NCBI RefSeq assembly: GCF_006345805.1
Contig: NC_043007.1
Location: 65,348,001 to 65,412,000, forward strand
Reading direction: 5' to 3'
DNA length: 64,000 nucleotides
From: Octopus sinensis
Taxonomy: Eukaryota
This document shows positions 27,020-39,879 of the stretch, one piece after another. Below the pieces are notes generated by a model. That model did not search any database. It was not told where the DNA came from and saw nothing but the letters and a program-made list of their open reading frames with translations. The translations under genes were made by a program, and so were the position numbers. Every line of letters starts with the position of its first letter. Position 1 is the first letter of the stretch.

Positions 27020-27975
27020 TCTTTTATTCTTTTACACGTTTCATTCGTTTATTCTTTTACACGTTTCATTCGTTTGACTGTGGCCAAGCTAGAGCATCGC
27101 CTTAAAGGGTTTTAGTACGAAGAAATCGACCTCAGGACTTATTCTTTGTAATCTTAGTATTTATACTATCGGTCTCTTTGTCGAACCGTTAAGTTACGAG
27201 GACTTAAACACAACAGTATCGGTTGTCAAGCGATGGTGGTGGAGAAACACATATACAGCCATAAATACTCACACACACACACATTTCACACAGACGCACA
27301 CACAAACGTGTGTATATATATATACAACTTATAAACAAGGGCTAAAGAAAATTATTTCTATGCCAATATACTGATAACAGACTTTTAAATTGTCAATTTC
27401 CACATATTATTTACTCGCTACAGAAAACACGTAGAGCTGAAATCGAGGAAAGCTTGCCAACAGAATTAAAAAAAAAGTTCGTTATTTCTATATTGAATCA
27501 ATTTAGGAATTAATCTAATAATAGATTTTTTTCTTCTTCAGTAGAAAATACGAAAAGACATAAATGAAATACTTACATGAGCCCATGGAAAAAAAACCGA
27601 AGCAAAAATCATGAGTGCATATAAGTACCCCAGATAAATCTAAATATAAAATCCTTTGGTCAGCCTCAGCATACGTGTAAACTATTCTCCACTACAGCTT
27701 ATAGTGGTTACCAGTCCTTATAGCGAATAGTAATAAGTCTACTACTAATATAGGATGAAGTTTTTTTACAGAAAAAATTTCATGAGAAAATGTGACAGCA
27801 TACTAAAATACAACAGGTTTCTTTCAGTTTCTGTCTACCAAATCCACTCACAAAGCTTTGGTCGGCCAGAGTCTATAGTAGAAGACACTTGGCCAAGGTG
27901 CCACGCAGTGCTAATGAACTCGGAACCACGTGGTTGGGAATCAAGCTTCTTACTACCCAACCACGCTATTATCGT
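27020..27975 (-). mobile_element. Interrupted composite SINE (CORE-like head about 27820-27975, tail about 27020-27260)
   Basis: Matches the two halves of the complete copy at 54520-54937. Confidence 0.75.
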
Positions 27976-29234
27976 ATCTCGCACATTTCATCTTTTATCA
28001 TTGATACATTAGCGAGCAGCATGTTGCATTCAGATATCAACGCTGCCATAATCTTTCTCTTCATTCAAATCGTCATATTCTCTGGCTGTTAATTCTCCCC
28101 CACACACACACACACATGCGCACTACCACCACCACCGCCACAACTCTTCCCCACACCCCATTTTCATCTCTTGATTTCGTTCATTTCCACCACCCATCAG
28201 CTTTTCCTTCAAAACTTCTTGCACGCTACGATAATGACAATACCATTTGTATAATTTTGTTTTTCGTTGAGGCATGTTGTAATTTTGTGGTGATTGATAT
28301 ACAATACTGGCCTTTTTCATCTTCTTCTTCTTCTTCTTTAGAACGCATCCTGCCCTCTCTAATAATATGCATCATACTTGTTCAAATCTATCTCTTTCTC
28401 TCTCACTCTAGGTTAGATTATGGATTATGTAATTTTATTAAAACTATCACTTCTCTTTCCTCCGTGCATGTAGACTGTCAATTTAGTCAGATGTCTGTCT
28501 TGCTTTCACTTCTCTTTTCTTTCTTTCTTGTTGTCTTCCTCTCTCTCTCTCTCTCTCTTTCCCTTTCTTTCTTTCTCTCTTTCTTTCCTTCTTTCTTTTC
28601 TTTGAAGTGTTTTCGTTTAAGACTTGATTGATATGAGTCCATTTCCTTTCGATCCATATGATATCTTAGCTATATTTATTCAAACAAGCAAGAAACAACC
28701 TTAACGCTCATTTCGATAGCCCACCCTAGAATGCACATTTCTTTGATTATGGCCATCGTCTTCTATAAATATTAATTTCGTTCTCTCATTATATTTTTAT
28801 TCATTTGTATTCATGGGAAGACGTCGTCGTCATTTTGTGTTTGCGCCATGTGTCAATGTTGTTATTCTTGAAGCTTGAGGCTCGGGAATGGTGGTGTAGT
28901 TGACCAGTTCGCTTTACAACTGCGTGGTTCTGTTTTCGATCCCACTGAGCATCGCCTTAGAAAAGTATTTTCTGTCATTGCGTTGATTTGATCCATGCAT
29001 TGGTACTACAATTCGATTGGCGAAAACTACTTGGGAGAGCATCTTTGCTAACTACCTCCTTATCGACTACAAACATACATACATACATACATACATACAT
29101 ACATACATACATACATACATACATACATACATACATGCATGCATGCAAGTATGCATGCATGCATGTATACATATATACACATGCACACACACACAGACAT
29201 ACACGCACACGTACATACGTACACACATACATAC

Positions 29235-30230
29235 TTACATACATTACAAGTTCAGGTTTATACCTGTAATTATTGGAGCACTGGGATATGTAACACACTG
29301 CCTAAATACCAATCTTGAGAAATTAGACTTCTCAAAACCAGGAAGAAGAAAGCTGATTCAAAGACCATAGATCCAATCCATCACCGGAACTGTAAAATTT
29401 TCCAGAAGTTTATCACTTAAGTATATATGAGCATGTCTAGGTATGCAAGTATATGCATGAGAAAACATACATAAAACAAAACATACAAAACTGCACGTAT
29501 ACATACATACATACATACATACATACATACATACATACATACATACATACATACATACATACATACATGCATATGAAACATCCTGTTGTTGATGTTAAAA
29601 TTCCAATGAAGAAGCCATGGATCTAGGTTAGAAACCGGCTCTTTCTCTATTGGCAAGTAATCTTGAAATAAAACTGAAAAACTGACATACATACATGCGA
29701 GAAACTACTTACCCCTGAGGCATGATATAGTTGCAAGGAGTACAATGTTATCCGTAGGAAAGATTGCCGGGACGCATACATTAAATGCATGTCAGAACAT
29801 GCCGGTATCCATATTTTTAAAAACAAGAAATACTGGTGGGATACCCCAATAAAAAACATCAACTCGATACAAACATGACAAACCTGATGTTGTTCTGTGG
29901 GACAGAGAACAAAAGTCATGCACTGTTGTACAGGTCAGCTGCCCAGGGGATGTGAGTGTACAATCAAAAGTCCAGGAAAAGGAGAACATATATGGCAAAT
30001 TAATGCAGAACTTATAGCTCTTGTACCCTGATTTTGAATTCTCGTTTGTACCTATCATCATATCTGCGTTAAGTTATGTACTAACAACTCTTGCACAAAA
30101 AGCGAGGAGTACTCGGTCACACGGAATCAGAGTAAAAGAGACTGACGTGAATTTTACCAAATCCTATCTATTAATGACACAGTGAAGATTTGCAAGACGT
30201 TCCAAAAATTCTCCATCTGAGATTCTTATG
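29235..30230 (+). mobile_element. Two head-to-tail fragments of a second REL-endonuclease LINE family associated with (CATA)n
   Basis: YKFRFIPVIIGALG C-terminus; 3' UTR ends AATAAAACTGAAAAACTGACATACATAC; the next fragment reads RHDIVAR, YWWDTPIK and KPDVVLWDREQKSCTVVQVSCP. Confidence 0.75.
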
Positions 30231-30510
30231 TAAATAGATGCACACACTCGGGTGTATACGTCGACAGTTCCACCACCACTCCAACTCAACCACATATTAA
30301 CAAACGTCGGAAAAACTCTTAACTCAAAACGTCTTGTCGCTTTGCTAGCTTTGTAACTATAGAAATGATTTAATCGAAGCTACTCATTCTGTACACAATC
30401 TAGATCAGTGCTTCGCAACCTTATTTCACTTGCGTTACACTTATATTCTTTCAATGCTCAGGAACATAAATTAAACTGAAAGAAAAATCATACATACATA
30501 AATACATACA

Positions 30511-30541
<31 letters not shown>

Positions 30542-30643
30542 GAGATACATATGAGTTGATGTATGTATGTATACATATATATATATATACATATACATAC
30601 ATACATATACATATATATATATGTGTGTGGTGTGTGTGTGTAT

Positions 30644-30749
<106 letters not shown>

Positions 30750-31469
30750 ATGTATACATACATTATTTAATTTTAATTATTTATTTTATTTTATTTTTAT
30801 TTTATTTTCGTTTGTTTAAGTCACTCGTTCATCTTGTTTTGCCGATGTCGCCAATTTTGTCGTCGACGATGACAAATGAATTTCCTTCCTGAAAAGAACG
30901 TAGCAGCGGATAAGTCCACATAACCGATTGGATCATATCGTTAATGACAGCCTTTCCATTTATATTCACCATTGCTCTGTTTCATCTCGTCTTTTTTAAG
31001 TTAGTAGAGTTCCGATGAAATTCGTCTTTTTGTAATATACAATACTATCATCTCCTCCTCCTCCTCTTTCCCCTCCTCCATCTTACTTGACTCTCCTAGA
31101 CATTTCAAGGAGCGCAGTATGCCCTGACGGTGTCACTATATTTCGCATGATTTATTTCTAAATGTTGGAGTGTGCAGTCCGGCCATCAGCTATAAGGAAT
31201 CATATAACTGGGGAGAAAATGAATCGGTTGGTCTCGTTTCGATACTCGGCTTGTTACAAGCGAGCCACACAGCTGCTCAATCAAGGCTGGCCTATGGCTA
31301 TACAGCAACATGTATAAAAACAATATAAAACAAAGAATCAAGAATTCCTTGAATGCAAACCGGCTATACTTATTTTTCATTTTTCAAAATAGAGAATATT
31401 ATCGTATGTAATACCAGTATGTTTACAGGTACTTTACTAATGCGAATATTACTGGAGTAAAGAAGGCAA

Positions 31470-32760
31470 AAAGCTGGCAGAATCGTTGGCGCATCGGGAA
31501 AAATGCTTAGCAGCATTTCGTCCGTATTTACCTTCTGAGCTCAAATTCCGCCGAGCTCGACTTAGCCTTTCATTCTCTGGGGGCCGATAAAATAAGTACT
31601 ATCTGAGCACTGGAGTAGATATAATCGACTTACTCCATACCCCCGAACTTACTGTACTTGTACCAACATTTGAAACCAATATTAGCGGAATAAAGCCAAT
31701 CAGTTTGTTGCCATTATTGTTTATTCCTATGGCGGCGAACTGGCAGAGTCGTTAGCACGCCGGGCAAAATGCTTAGCGATATTTCATCTGCGTTACGTTG
31801 TGAGTTCAAATTCCGCCAAGGTTGACTTTGCCTTTCATCCTTTCGGGGTCGATAAATTAAGTACCAGTTACGCACTGGGGTCGATGTAATCGACTTAATA
31901 CCTATGTCTGTACTTGTTTGTCCCCTCTGTGTTTAGCCCCTTGTGGGTAATAAAGAAATAGATATTTCATCTACCGCTACGTTCTGAGTTCAAATTCCGC
32001 GAAGGTCGACTTTGCCTTTCATCCTTTCAGGGTTGATAAATTAAGTACCAGTTACTCACTGGGGACGATGTAATCGACTTAATACCTATGTCTGTCCTTG
32101 TTTGTCCTCTCTGTGTTTAGCCCCTTGTGGGTAATAAAGAAATAGGTATTTCGTCTGCCTTTACGTTCTGAGTTCAAATTCCACTGAGTTCACCTTTGCC
32201 TTCCATCCTTTCGGGATCGATAAATTAGGCACCAGTTGCGTACTGGGGTCGATATAATCGACTGGCCCCTACCCCCAAATTTCGGCCCTTGCACATAGAG
32301 TAGAAAAGATTATTGTTTATTTCTAAGGCGACGAGCTGACGGAGTCGTTAGCACGCCGGGCAAAATGCTTAGCAATATTTCGTCCGTCTTTATGTTCTGA
32401 GTTCAAATTCCGCGGAGGTCGACTTTGCTTTTCATCCTTTCGGGTCGATAAACTAAGTATCAGTGAAACACTGGAGTCGATGTAATCTACTAATCCCTTC
32501 TCTCACAATTTCAGGCCTTGTACCTATAGTAGAAAAGATTATTGTATATTCCTAAGGCGGCAAGCTGGCAGAGTCGCTAACATGCTTGGCGGCATTTAGT
32601 CCGTCTTTACGTTCTGAGTTCAAATTCCGCCGAGGTTAGCTTTACATTTCATCCTTTCTGGGTAAATAAAATAAATACCAGTTAAGTACTGGGGTCCATG
32701 TATTCGACTCATTCCCTCCCCCGAAATTGCTGGCCTTCTTCCAAATTTTGAAACCCTTAT
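31470..32760 (+). mobile_element. Head-to-tail array of about 6-7 SINE monomers, including a trimer at 31731-32320
   Basis: Repeated heads and bodies, all on the plus strand; 184-bp period between junctions 31961 and 32145. Confidence 0.92.
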
Positions 32761-34016
32761 TATTGAAACTCTTATGATCAAGCAGACCTACAAGTGAAAT
32801 TTTTTCAAGCCATGAATATCAGGTCTTTAATATTTATCTCTTCAGATGTGTCCACAGTAGATTGTGATATAAAGAATGTTTGGTTCCTAGCAGATCGTGA
32901 GATGGCGTCGAAGCTCTCCTACCGTGGTGTATAAGGCTGAAAATGCATATTCTAAAGTATTTTAAGCCATAGCATCTATCGCAGGATTTAAACCAGAAAT
33001 CTTAGAAGACAAAATCTCTGGATTTGTAATACCTTTTATTCTATACGAAGGTCGATAAAATAAGTAGCCACGATCATTTGAAACGACTATATATACTCTT
33101 TTGCAGAAATTGACCTTGTTGCTTGTAGCTAGTAAAAGGAAATTGGTTTTATTATATATTCTGTTCAATAATTAATTTTACCAGTATTTTTGTTTCATTT
33201 ATCGATTCTCTATAAATAATACAGAGTATCGCATTTAAAATGAACGTAGAATAATAAAATTTTAATTAATTGCAGCCAATTCTTTATCTAGGTTTTGTTT
33301 TAATTATTTGTTTGATTTTTTTTTCTTTTCTTTACGTTTGATTAAGTCGCTCGATCATCTTGTTTTGCCGGTGTCACCATTTTTGTCGTCGTCGATGACA
33401 AATGAACTTCCCTCCTGAATGGGAAAGTATAAATAGCAGCGGATGAGTCCGGATAACCGACTGGATCATATCGTAATGACAGTCTTTCCATTTTTATTCA
33501 CCATTGCTCTCTTTCATTTCCTATACTTCGTCCAGGCATTCTCTTCTTTACTCAGAACTGCACGCAATCCACCGGAAATCTTTCCCCGCCTATGTTTCTT
33601 CCACCAGACATTGATTCACAGCTGTCCAATTTAAACACTGACCATATCAGCGAACAAAGAAACTTCAACACGATCATTTGACCTACAATAAATAACAACC
33701 GTATCTTCATTAAATCACACTTCACTGTCATTTAGAAAATAGCAGCTTAGTTTGAATTATATAGTCTGAAAAGAAAAACAAAAAAAAAAACGACGGGTTG
33801 GTCGGTCTGACGATTTTAAAAATCAACAAAAACACCTCAACGAGAAGCCTACAAAAACACCTCAAAGAAGAAGCCTTTGAGCCTATAAAAGTTATAGGCT
33901 CACTGACCTTCATTCTTGAACTCCATGATGCACCCGCGCCGACTCTCTCTCTTTCTATATTATGTAACTATAGAAATGATTTAAGCGAGGTTACCCATTC
34001 CCTACTCAATCTAGAT

Positions 34017-34138
34017 CAGTGCTTCACATCCTTTTCTTTACTTGCGTTACACTTATATTCTTTCGAAAATTCGGTGGTACACCTAGCATCGTCCCGTGAC
34101 ACACCAGTGTGTCGCGGTATACTGGTTGGGGAGCACTG
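34017..34138. mobile_element. hAT (Charlie-like) MITE with perfect 8-bp TSD
   Basis: Termini CAGTGCTTC and GGAGCACTG; TSD ATCTAGAT at 34009-34016 and 34139-34146. Confidence 0.9.
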
Positions 34139-36039
34139 ATCTAGATCTTTAGAAATCAGTGATCCAAGTCCTGCAAACTGAAGAAATACATGAGATTATT
34201 CTATATTACAAGTGAGACACATCCAGCGCAGGATTTGGATATGATAAGGTTTTAAGATATATGGATTATACCAGAAAGTCTAACAAACATTCATAACTTC
34301 AATACCTATTATGTATTTCTGAAGCTCTGCGGATTTCGATGCCCTAAGCTGCGACTTGCTTGGCTAATCCCTAAATTCATCGCTGATTATGTCAACAGAA
34401 AGAGTAGACCTTCCAAGTATTTAATCTCGCCCGTCTCTATTCTTATTTCATATACTACCTGTACCAATTTTCTCTTTTATTCTTCCGATGTGAAAAAAAT
34501 ATGACGCCAGTGATCAAGTTGAGTATATTTTATCAACGATACATCCTAAGCTTACCCCATCATTTATTTAAATCGTAGAGGAACCCGTTATTTTCTATTT
34601 ACCAACTTTTTTCAACTATGATTTAAAGAAGAAATAGTAATAGCTATTCCTCCTTTCGTTTAGTCATAATGTATCTAGAAACATTTTATCCAGTGAGTCC
34701 TCTTTTAAAATATTAGCATCTGGTTTGAGATAGATCATGCTGCTATTTCTTGAAGTCAAAATCTACCATATATAAACTCACTCTTTGAGTTGCAAAATCA
34801 CATTGAAAGTATAAATAAAATATGCAAATTTTGGGCTTCTGACTCTAGGCAGTACAATAGATATAATATAAAGTGCCGAGCTACTAGATCTATTCGACTA
34901 TCGGATGAGTTTTGCTGTATTTGTTCTGTCTCTCTGAGCTCTGAGTTCAAATCTTGCCGATATTAACTTTGCTTTTCTTAAATTCGGGACGAATATGGAA
35001 CCAGGCAGGTTCTGTGGTTAATTTCTTTTGTCGTTCTCAGAATCGGTTTCATGATATGACAAAAAACAATGTAAAGTTCAGATCGCTATTCCGTCAATCC
35101 TTTTACCTCCAGTGCAAACACAACAAGATCACAAGATCACTCGGTCTATAGAATAAATAAAAATCTAACATAAGGAAAGCGGAAAGTTGGTACAACCTTT
35201 AGCTCGTCGAATAAAATGCTTAGCAACAATGCTTTACGTTCAGAGTTCAAATGCCGCCAAAGTCAACTTTACCTTTCCTCTTTTCTGGGCCGATAAAATA
35301 AGTACCAGTCGAACACTGGGGTCAATGTAATCGACTTATACCCGCCCCCCCAAATTGCTGGTCTTGTGCCAAAATTTGAAACCAGTATCTAAGGTAAGGG
35401 GATGGGATTGACAGAATCGTTAGAGCATCAGCTAAAATGCCACGTGGTATATGTTCCGAATCCCTACGCTCTGGGTTCAGATCCTTTCGAGATCAACTTT
35501 ATAGCTCATTTTCTCGAAGTCGATAGAATAAAATACCAATTCAGGGCGGTTGATTAACAGAATTGTTGGAGCCTCGAACGAGATTTGCCTCGTTCCTGGT
35601 CTTTCATTTTTGCGTTCAAATACTGTCAGATCCCATCGATACTTTGGGTTTAATCATCCGATCACAGGACCGTAATTAGTTATGAATGCCGCAATGGTTG
35701 GAAGAGGCTTGCAGTCGTATGATAATGATTAATACGATTGATTCTGTCGACACAAACTCGCACACGTATACCTTGGAAATAACTAACCTTATGCTTATAT
35801 AAGAAATCGTTATTTGGTTTTATGAACCAGCACTGTGGCACTGCTTTGATCTACAACCAATTGTTCAATGTTTGCCAATAAGAACTGTTTTGTATGAAGG
35901 TTTCAAAGCAATTAGCATCATAAAGTGAATCGATTTCTGCCGAGAGTTGAAACCGGTTTGCAGACTCGAAACCAGATCGCAGTGAATTTATTGTGTTGCA
36001 CCACAACACTCTGTGTAACAATAAATACGTGAACAAAAC

Positions 36040-36445
36040 TTATGATAATGAGAAACGATGTTGCTGCTGCTGCTGCTGCAGGATGGGGTGGTGGTGGTGG
36101 TGGTTGTGGTAATGATGATGATTAGGATGACGACGACGACAATGATGATGATGATAATCAAGATGTTTTATGGTGAATATTGCAGAAGTGATGAGAATGG
36201 AAATAGAAAAGAGGGTGATGATGGTGATGATGATGATAACGATGACGATGAGGTCTAAGGTAGTGATGGCGATAGCAATGAAAATTATGGTGACAATGAT
36301 AATAATGAAGAAGAGCTGGAGGAGGGGGGAGGGGAGGATAATGAGGAAGGAAAAGATGGTGGTAGTGGTTACAATTATGATGATGACAATTATTTCGATA
36401 AAGAAGTGGCGGTGGGGGGACGCGTTCATAAAGATGACAATTATT
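36040..36445. repeat. Low-complexity trinucleotide tract (GAT/GGT/GCT-rich)
   Basis: Direct inspection. Confidence 0.9.
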
Positions 36446-36760
36446 ACTTAGAATCAAAAATAAGGATTGGTCTCTCAGGTTTCAAGAATTAGTAAACGAT
36501 TACTATCGAAACAAAATCAAGTCGCTGACTAGGTTCATCGAAAACTCACCTCCATTTCCAAACAACACCCAAAAGTAAATAAATATATCCACATCCACTC
36601 ATAACAGATTTTCAATGGAAATGAAAAGGCCCACGCTCTCGTAAGACCTGCTACTATCAATAAAAGAAAATGGCTCCATACATCAACTGGGACGTCCTTC
36701 AATTATACTTTCGAGCAACTGGAAATTTTTTTTTTCTCGCTCACAAAGAGATAAACTCAC

Positions 36761-36816
36761 CTTCCTCCTGCCTGTTTTTGAATAAATCCTTTAGGCATAA
36801 AGGCACATACTACTCC
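36761..36816 (-). CDS. Weak candidate exon (GVVCAFMPKGFIQKQAGG)
   Basis: Strong AG|GTGAGT donor; ends in phase 2, compatible with the exon at 26428. The acceptor is weak. Confidence 0.25.
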
Positions 36817-36959
36817 CTACTTTCTTTTTACACCACCATCTGAGCATTGTCAAAAACTGCTTTTCTGCAAGGTACGCTAGTAAAAGAGTTCTTGTTAAAG
36901 TGTTGTTTTTATGTTGCCTAAGTAAATGATTTCGCTTCTTAAAATTGTATGATTCTTTT

Positions 36960-37760
36960 TCATTTGACAATTGTGTATCTGACTTAGATATTCTGACTGA
37001 TAAAAGGCAAGAAAAACTTCTCAGTAGCAAATACCCAAAGTGAACGAATAATGCCGATGTTGACAAAGTCCTTACCCATGAATAGCTAATGGCTTCAGGC
37101 TTAATATCAGAAACAGAAGGGTTTATCATAGCATCCCAAGATCAATGCCTGCCTACAAGGAACTTCCAGGCCAACATATTAAAGAACGGCAGTTCCCCAA
37201 TATGTCGTAAATGTCTACAACAAAATGAGACCATTGATCATGTCTCCATGTGCAGTTTTCTAGCTCCTACAGAGTATCTCAACAGGTATGATAGAGCTTC
37301 ACAATATATTCACTGGGTAATTTGCAAAAACATGGACTTGGGAACACAAACCACCCCCAGTGCTTGAAAATTATCACATCTCACTCCTCTGGAACTTCAC
37401 CATTCAAACTGGCAGAAAGATAGATGCAAATAAGCCTGACATCATATTGAAAGAGTTCAGACAAAAATCATGCCTCCTCATTGATATGACTGTCCCAAAC
37501 GATATAAATGTATCTGTGAAGACCTACCGAAAACTAAGCAAGTATAAAGATCTTGAAATAGAAATTTGCAAAATGTAGAAACTGAAGATTAAAACAATAC
37601 CTGTTGTCATTGGTGCCCTAGGAATGATAGCAAAAGGTGCTGATTGCTACCTAGCTCAGATATCAGGAAACCCCAAAATGGCAGAAATTCAAAAGATAAT
37701 GCTCATAGGAACTGCCCATATCCTACGTAAAATATTGACTATGTAATTTTAAATCTTAAA
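36960..37760 (+). mobile_element. R4/Dong-like LINE C-terminal fragment
   Basis: SETEGFIIASQDQ, CRKCLQQNETIDHV, LWNFTIQTGRKIDANKPDIILK and PVVIGALG. Confidence 0.9.
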
Positions 37761-37809
37761 ACAAACTCATAATAAAACAAACTCATGATATCATCCAGAT
37801 ATCATCCAG

Positions 37810-39790
37810 ATATCAGAAGAGAATAGATCATTATCAACAGAATAAATTATTTGAGACAGACCAGAGGAGATTTTATAACCAACGAAATAGTGAAGAACGA
37901 ATTACTGAAGTTGAGAAACCTAATGCAGAGGAAGTTAGAAAGTTCTGGAGTAATATTTGAGATACGCCAGTTACTCATAATGGAGAACAAAAAGGTTGCA
38001 GGAAGAATGTTAGAGGAAAGCACAATCTATTATATATAGACAAAGCAGTGCTAAATTAAGTAAAAGCTAGAAAGAAAAATCTAACACTAGCATGGATAGA
38101 TTATAGGAAAGCTTATGACATGATCCCACACTCACGGATAAGTGAATGTTTGAATATATTCAGTATAGCAGACAACATAAGAGAATTAATTAGCTTTAGC
38201 ATGAAGAAATGGAAAGTAGATCTCTACTCAGGAGATACTCTCTCAGGGAAAGTTAATATCAAAAGAGGAACTTTCCGGGGGACTCGTTCTCCCCTTTAAT
38301 ATTTGTCTTATGTTTGATCTCCCTCAGTTTACTATTAGGGAAAGCAAAGGCAGGGTATGAGTTCAGAAACAGTAAGGAAAAAAATCTGAAGCTTTTTAGT
38401 AAGAATGAAAAAGAAACAGATTCTTTAATACAGACTGTAAAACTCTTCAGCAAAGAAATAGGCATGGAATTTGGCATAGATAAGTGTGCAATATTAGTCA
38501 TGAGAAGGGGACAGGTAGTTAACAACAAAGGCATCCAATTACCCGATGGGCAGACATTAAACTCATTGAAAGGAGGAGAGAGTTATAAGTATCCAGGAAT
38601 TTTAGAATTTGACAGAGTACTAACTATGGAAATGAAAACGAAAATGAAAAGGAATGTATTAGAAGGATTAGGAAGCTAAGGAAGTCAAAGCTAAATGGTC
38701 AGAATCTAGTGAAGGCTGTAAATACTTGGGAAGTATTATTGCTCAGATACTCAGCAGCTTTTGTAGATTGGACAAAAGCTGAATTAGCAAGATTATACTT
38801 ACCTAGAAAGGAAGGTGGAAGAGGGCTAATATCAGTAGAAGACTTCGTGGAGTTAGCTAGAGTAGATATAGAGATATAGACTCCAATGTTGGTAATAGTG
38901 AAGAAAGTTTATTAAAATCTGGTGGAGTCACTGCAAGACATAAAGAGACCAAAAACCTAAACGAAGTTAAAACAAGAAAAAACAACATAAATTATCTGAC
39001 TAGCAGGAGAAGGCGTTGCATGGTAGATTCACAAAGATAGTTGCAGCAAATAGTAGTAGTGAGACATGGCTATGGTTGCAGAAAGGAAAGCTGAAGAGGG
39101 AGACCAGAAAGTTTGTAAGTAGCTGCAGAAAATCAAGCACTAAGGACTAATTGGATAAACAACAAGATAGACAAGAACCAAGTAGATTTCCGATGTAGGT
39201 TATGCAAATCAAAGGAGGAAAGCGTAACTCATATAGTAAGTCACTGGGAGTTATGTATAAAGCTAGGATTTTGCCGTACTGATGAATGGTATAAACATTA
39301 ACCTAGTAAAGTACTAGAAAGTAAGAAAGACAAGATGTTGTGGGACTTTAACATTCAGACTGACAGAATAATAGAAGCTAGAAAGCCTGATTTGGTAGTA
39401 GTAGATAAAGAGAATAGAAAGTGCCAGATAATTGACTTTATAGTCCCAAATCATGAAAAAAATCGGTATGAGGGATATAGAAAAATGACAAAGTACCAGC
39501 ACCTAGTGATTGAATTACAGAGACTATGGAAAGCGCGGGTAAAATGTATCCCAGTAGTTATAGGTGCACTGGGAACTATCCCTAAATATCTGAACAGATG
39601 GATAAAGGAAATAGGTTTAAAACCCAGTTTAGTACAGCTGCAAAAAAACAGAGTAATTAGGGACAGCTAGAATACTTCGGAGGGATTTTGGCTTCTAAGG
39701 TTACTTATAGCCAGGTGTTAGGATTTTTTTCTTTTCCAACAGTCTAATCTGCTGTGTATATACGAAAATAATAATAATAGTAATAACAAT
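37810..39790 (+). mobile_element. Decayed R4/Dong-like LINE (RT to endonuclease) ending in (AAT)n
   Basis: AWIDYRKAYD, RGTFRGDS, MEFGIDKCA and LWDFNIQTDRIIEARKPDLVVVD; (AAT)n tail at about 39770-39805. Confidence 0.88.
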
Positions 39791-39879
39791 AATAATAATA
39801 TTTTCTACTATAGGCACAAGGCCTGAAATTGGGGGGGGGGCTAGTCGATTACCTTGACTCCATTTATACCACAGTGGCA

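Noticed and set aside
31470-32760. Regularly spaced repeats resembling a CRISPR or tRNA array
   Set aside because: The units are about 180-230 bp SINE monomers with no unique spacers, and the heads do not form complete cloverleaves.
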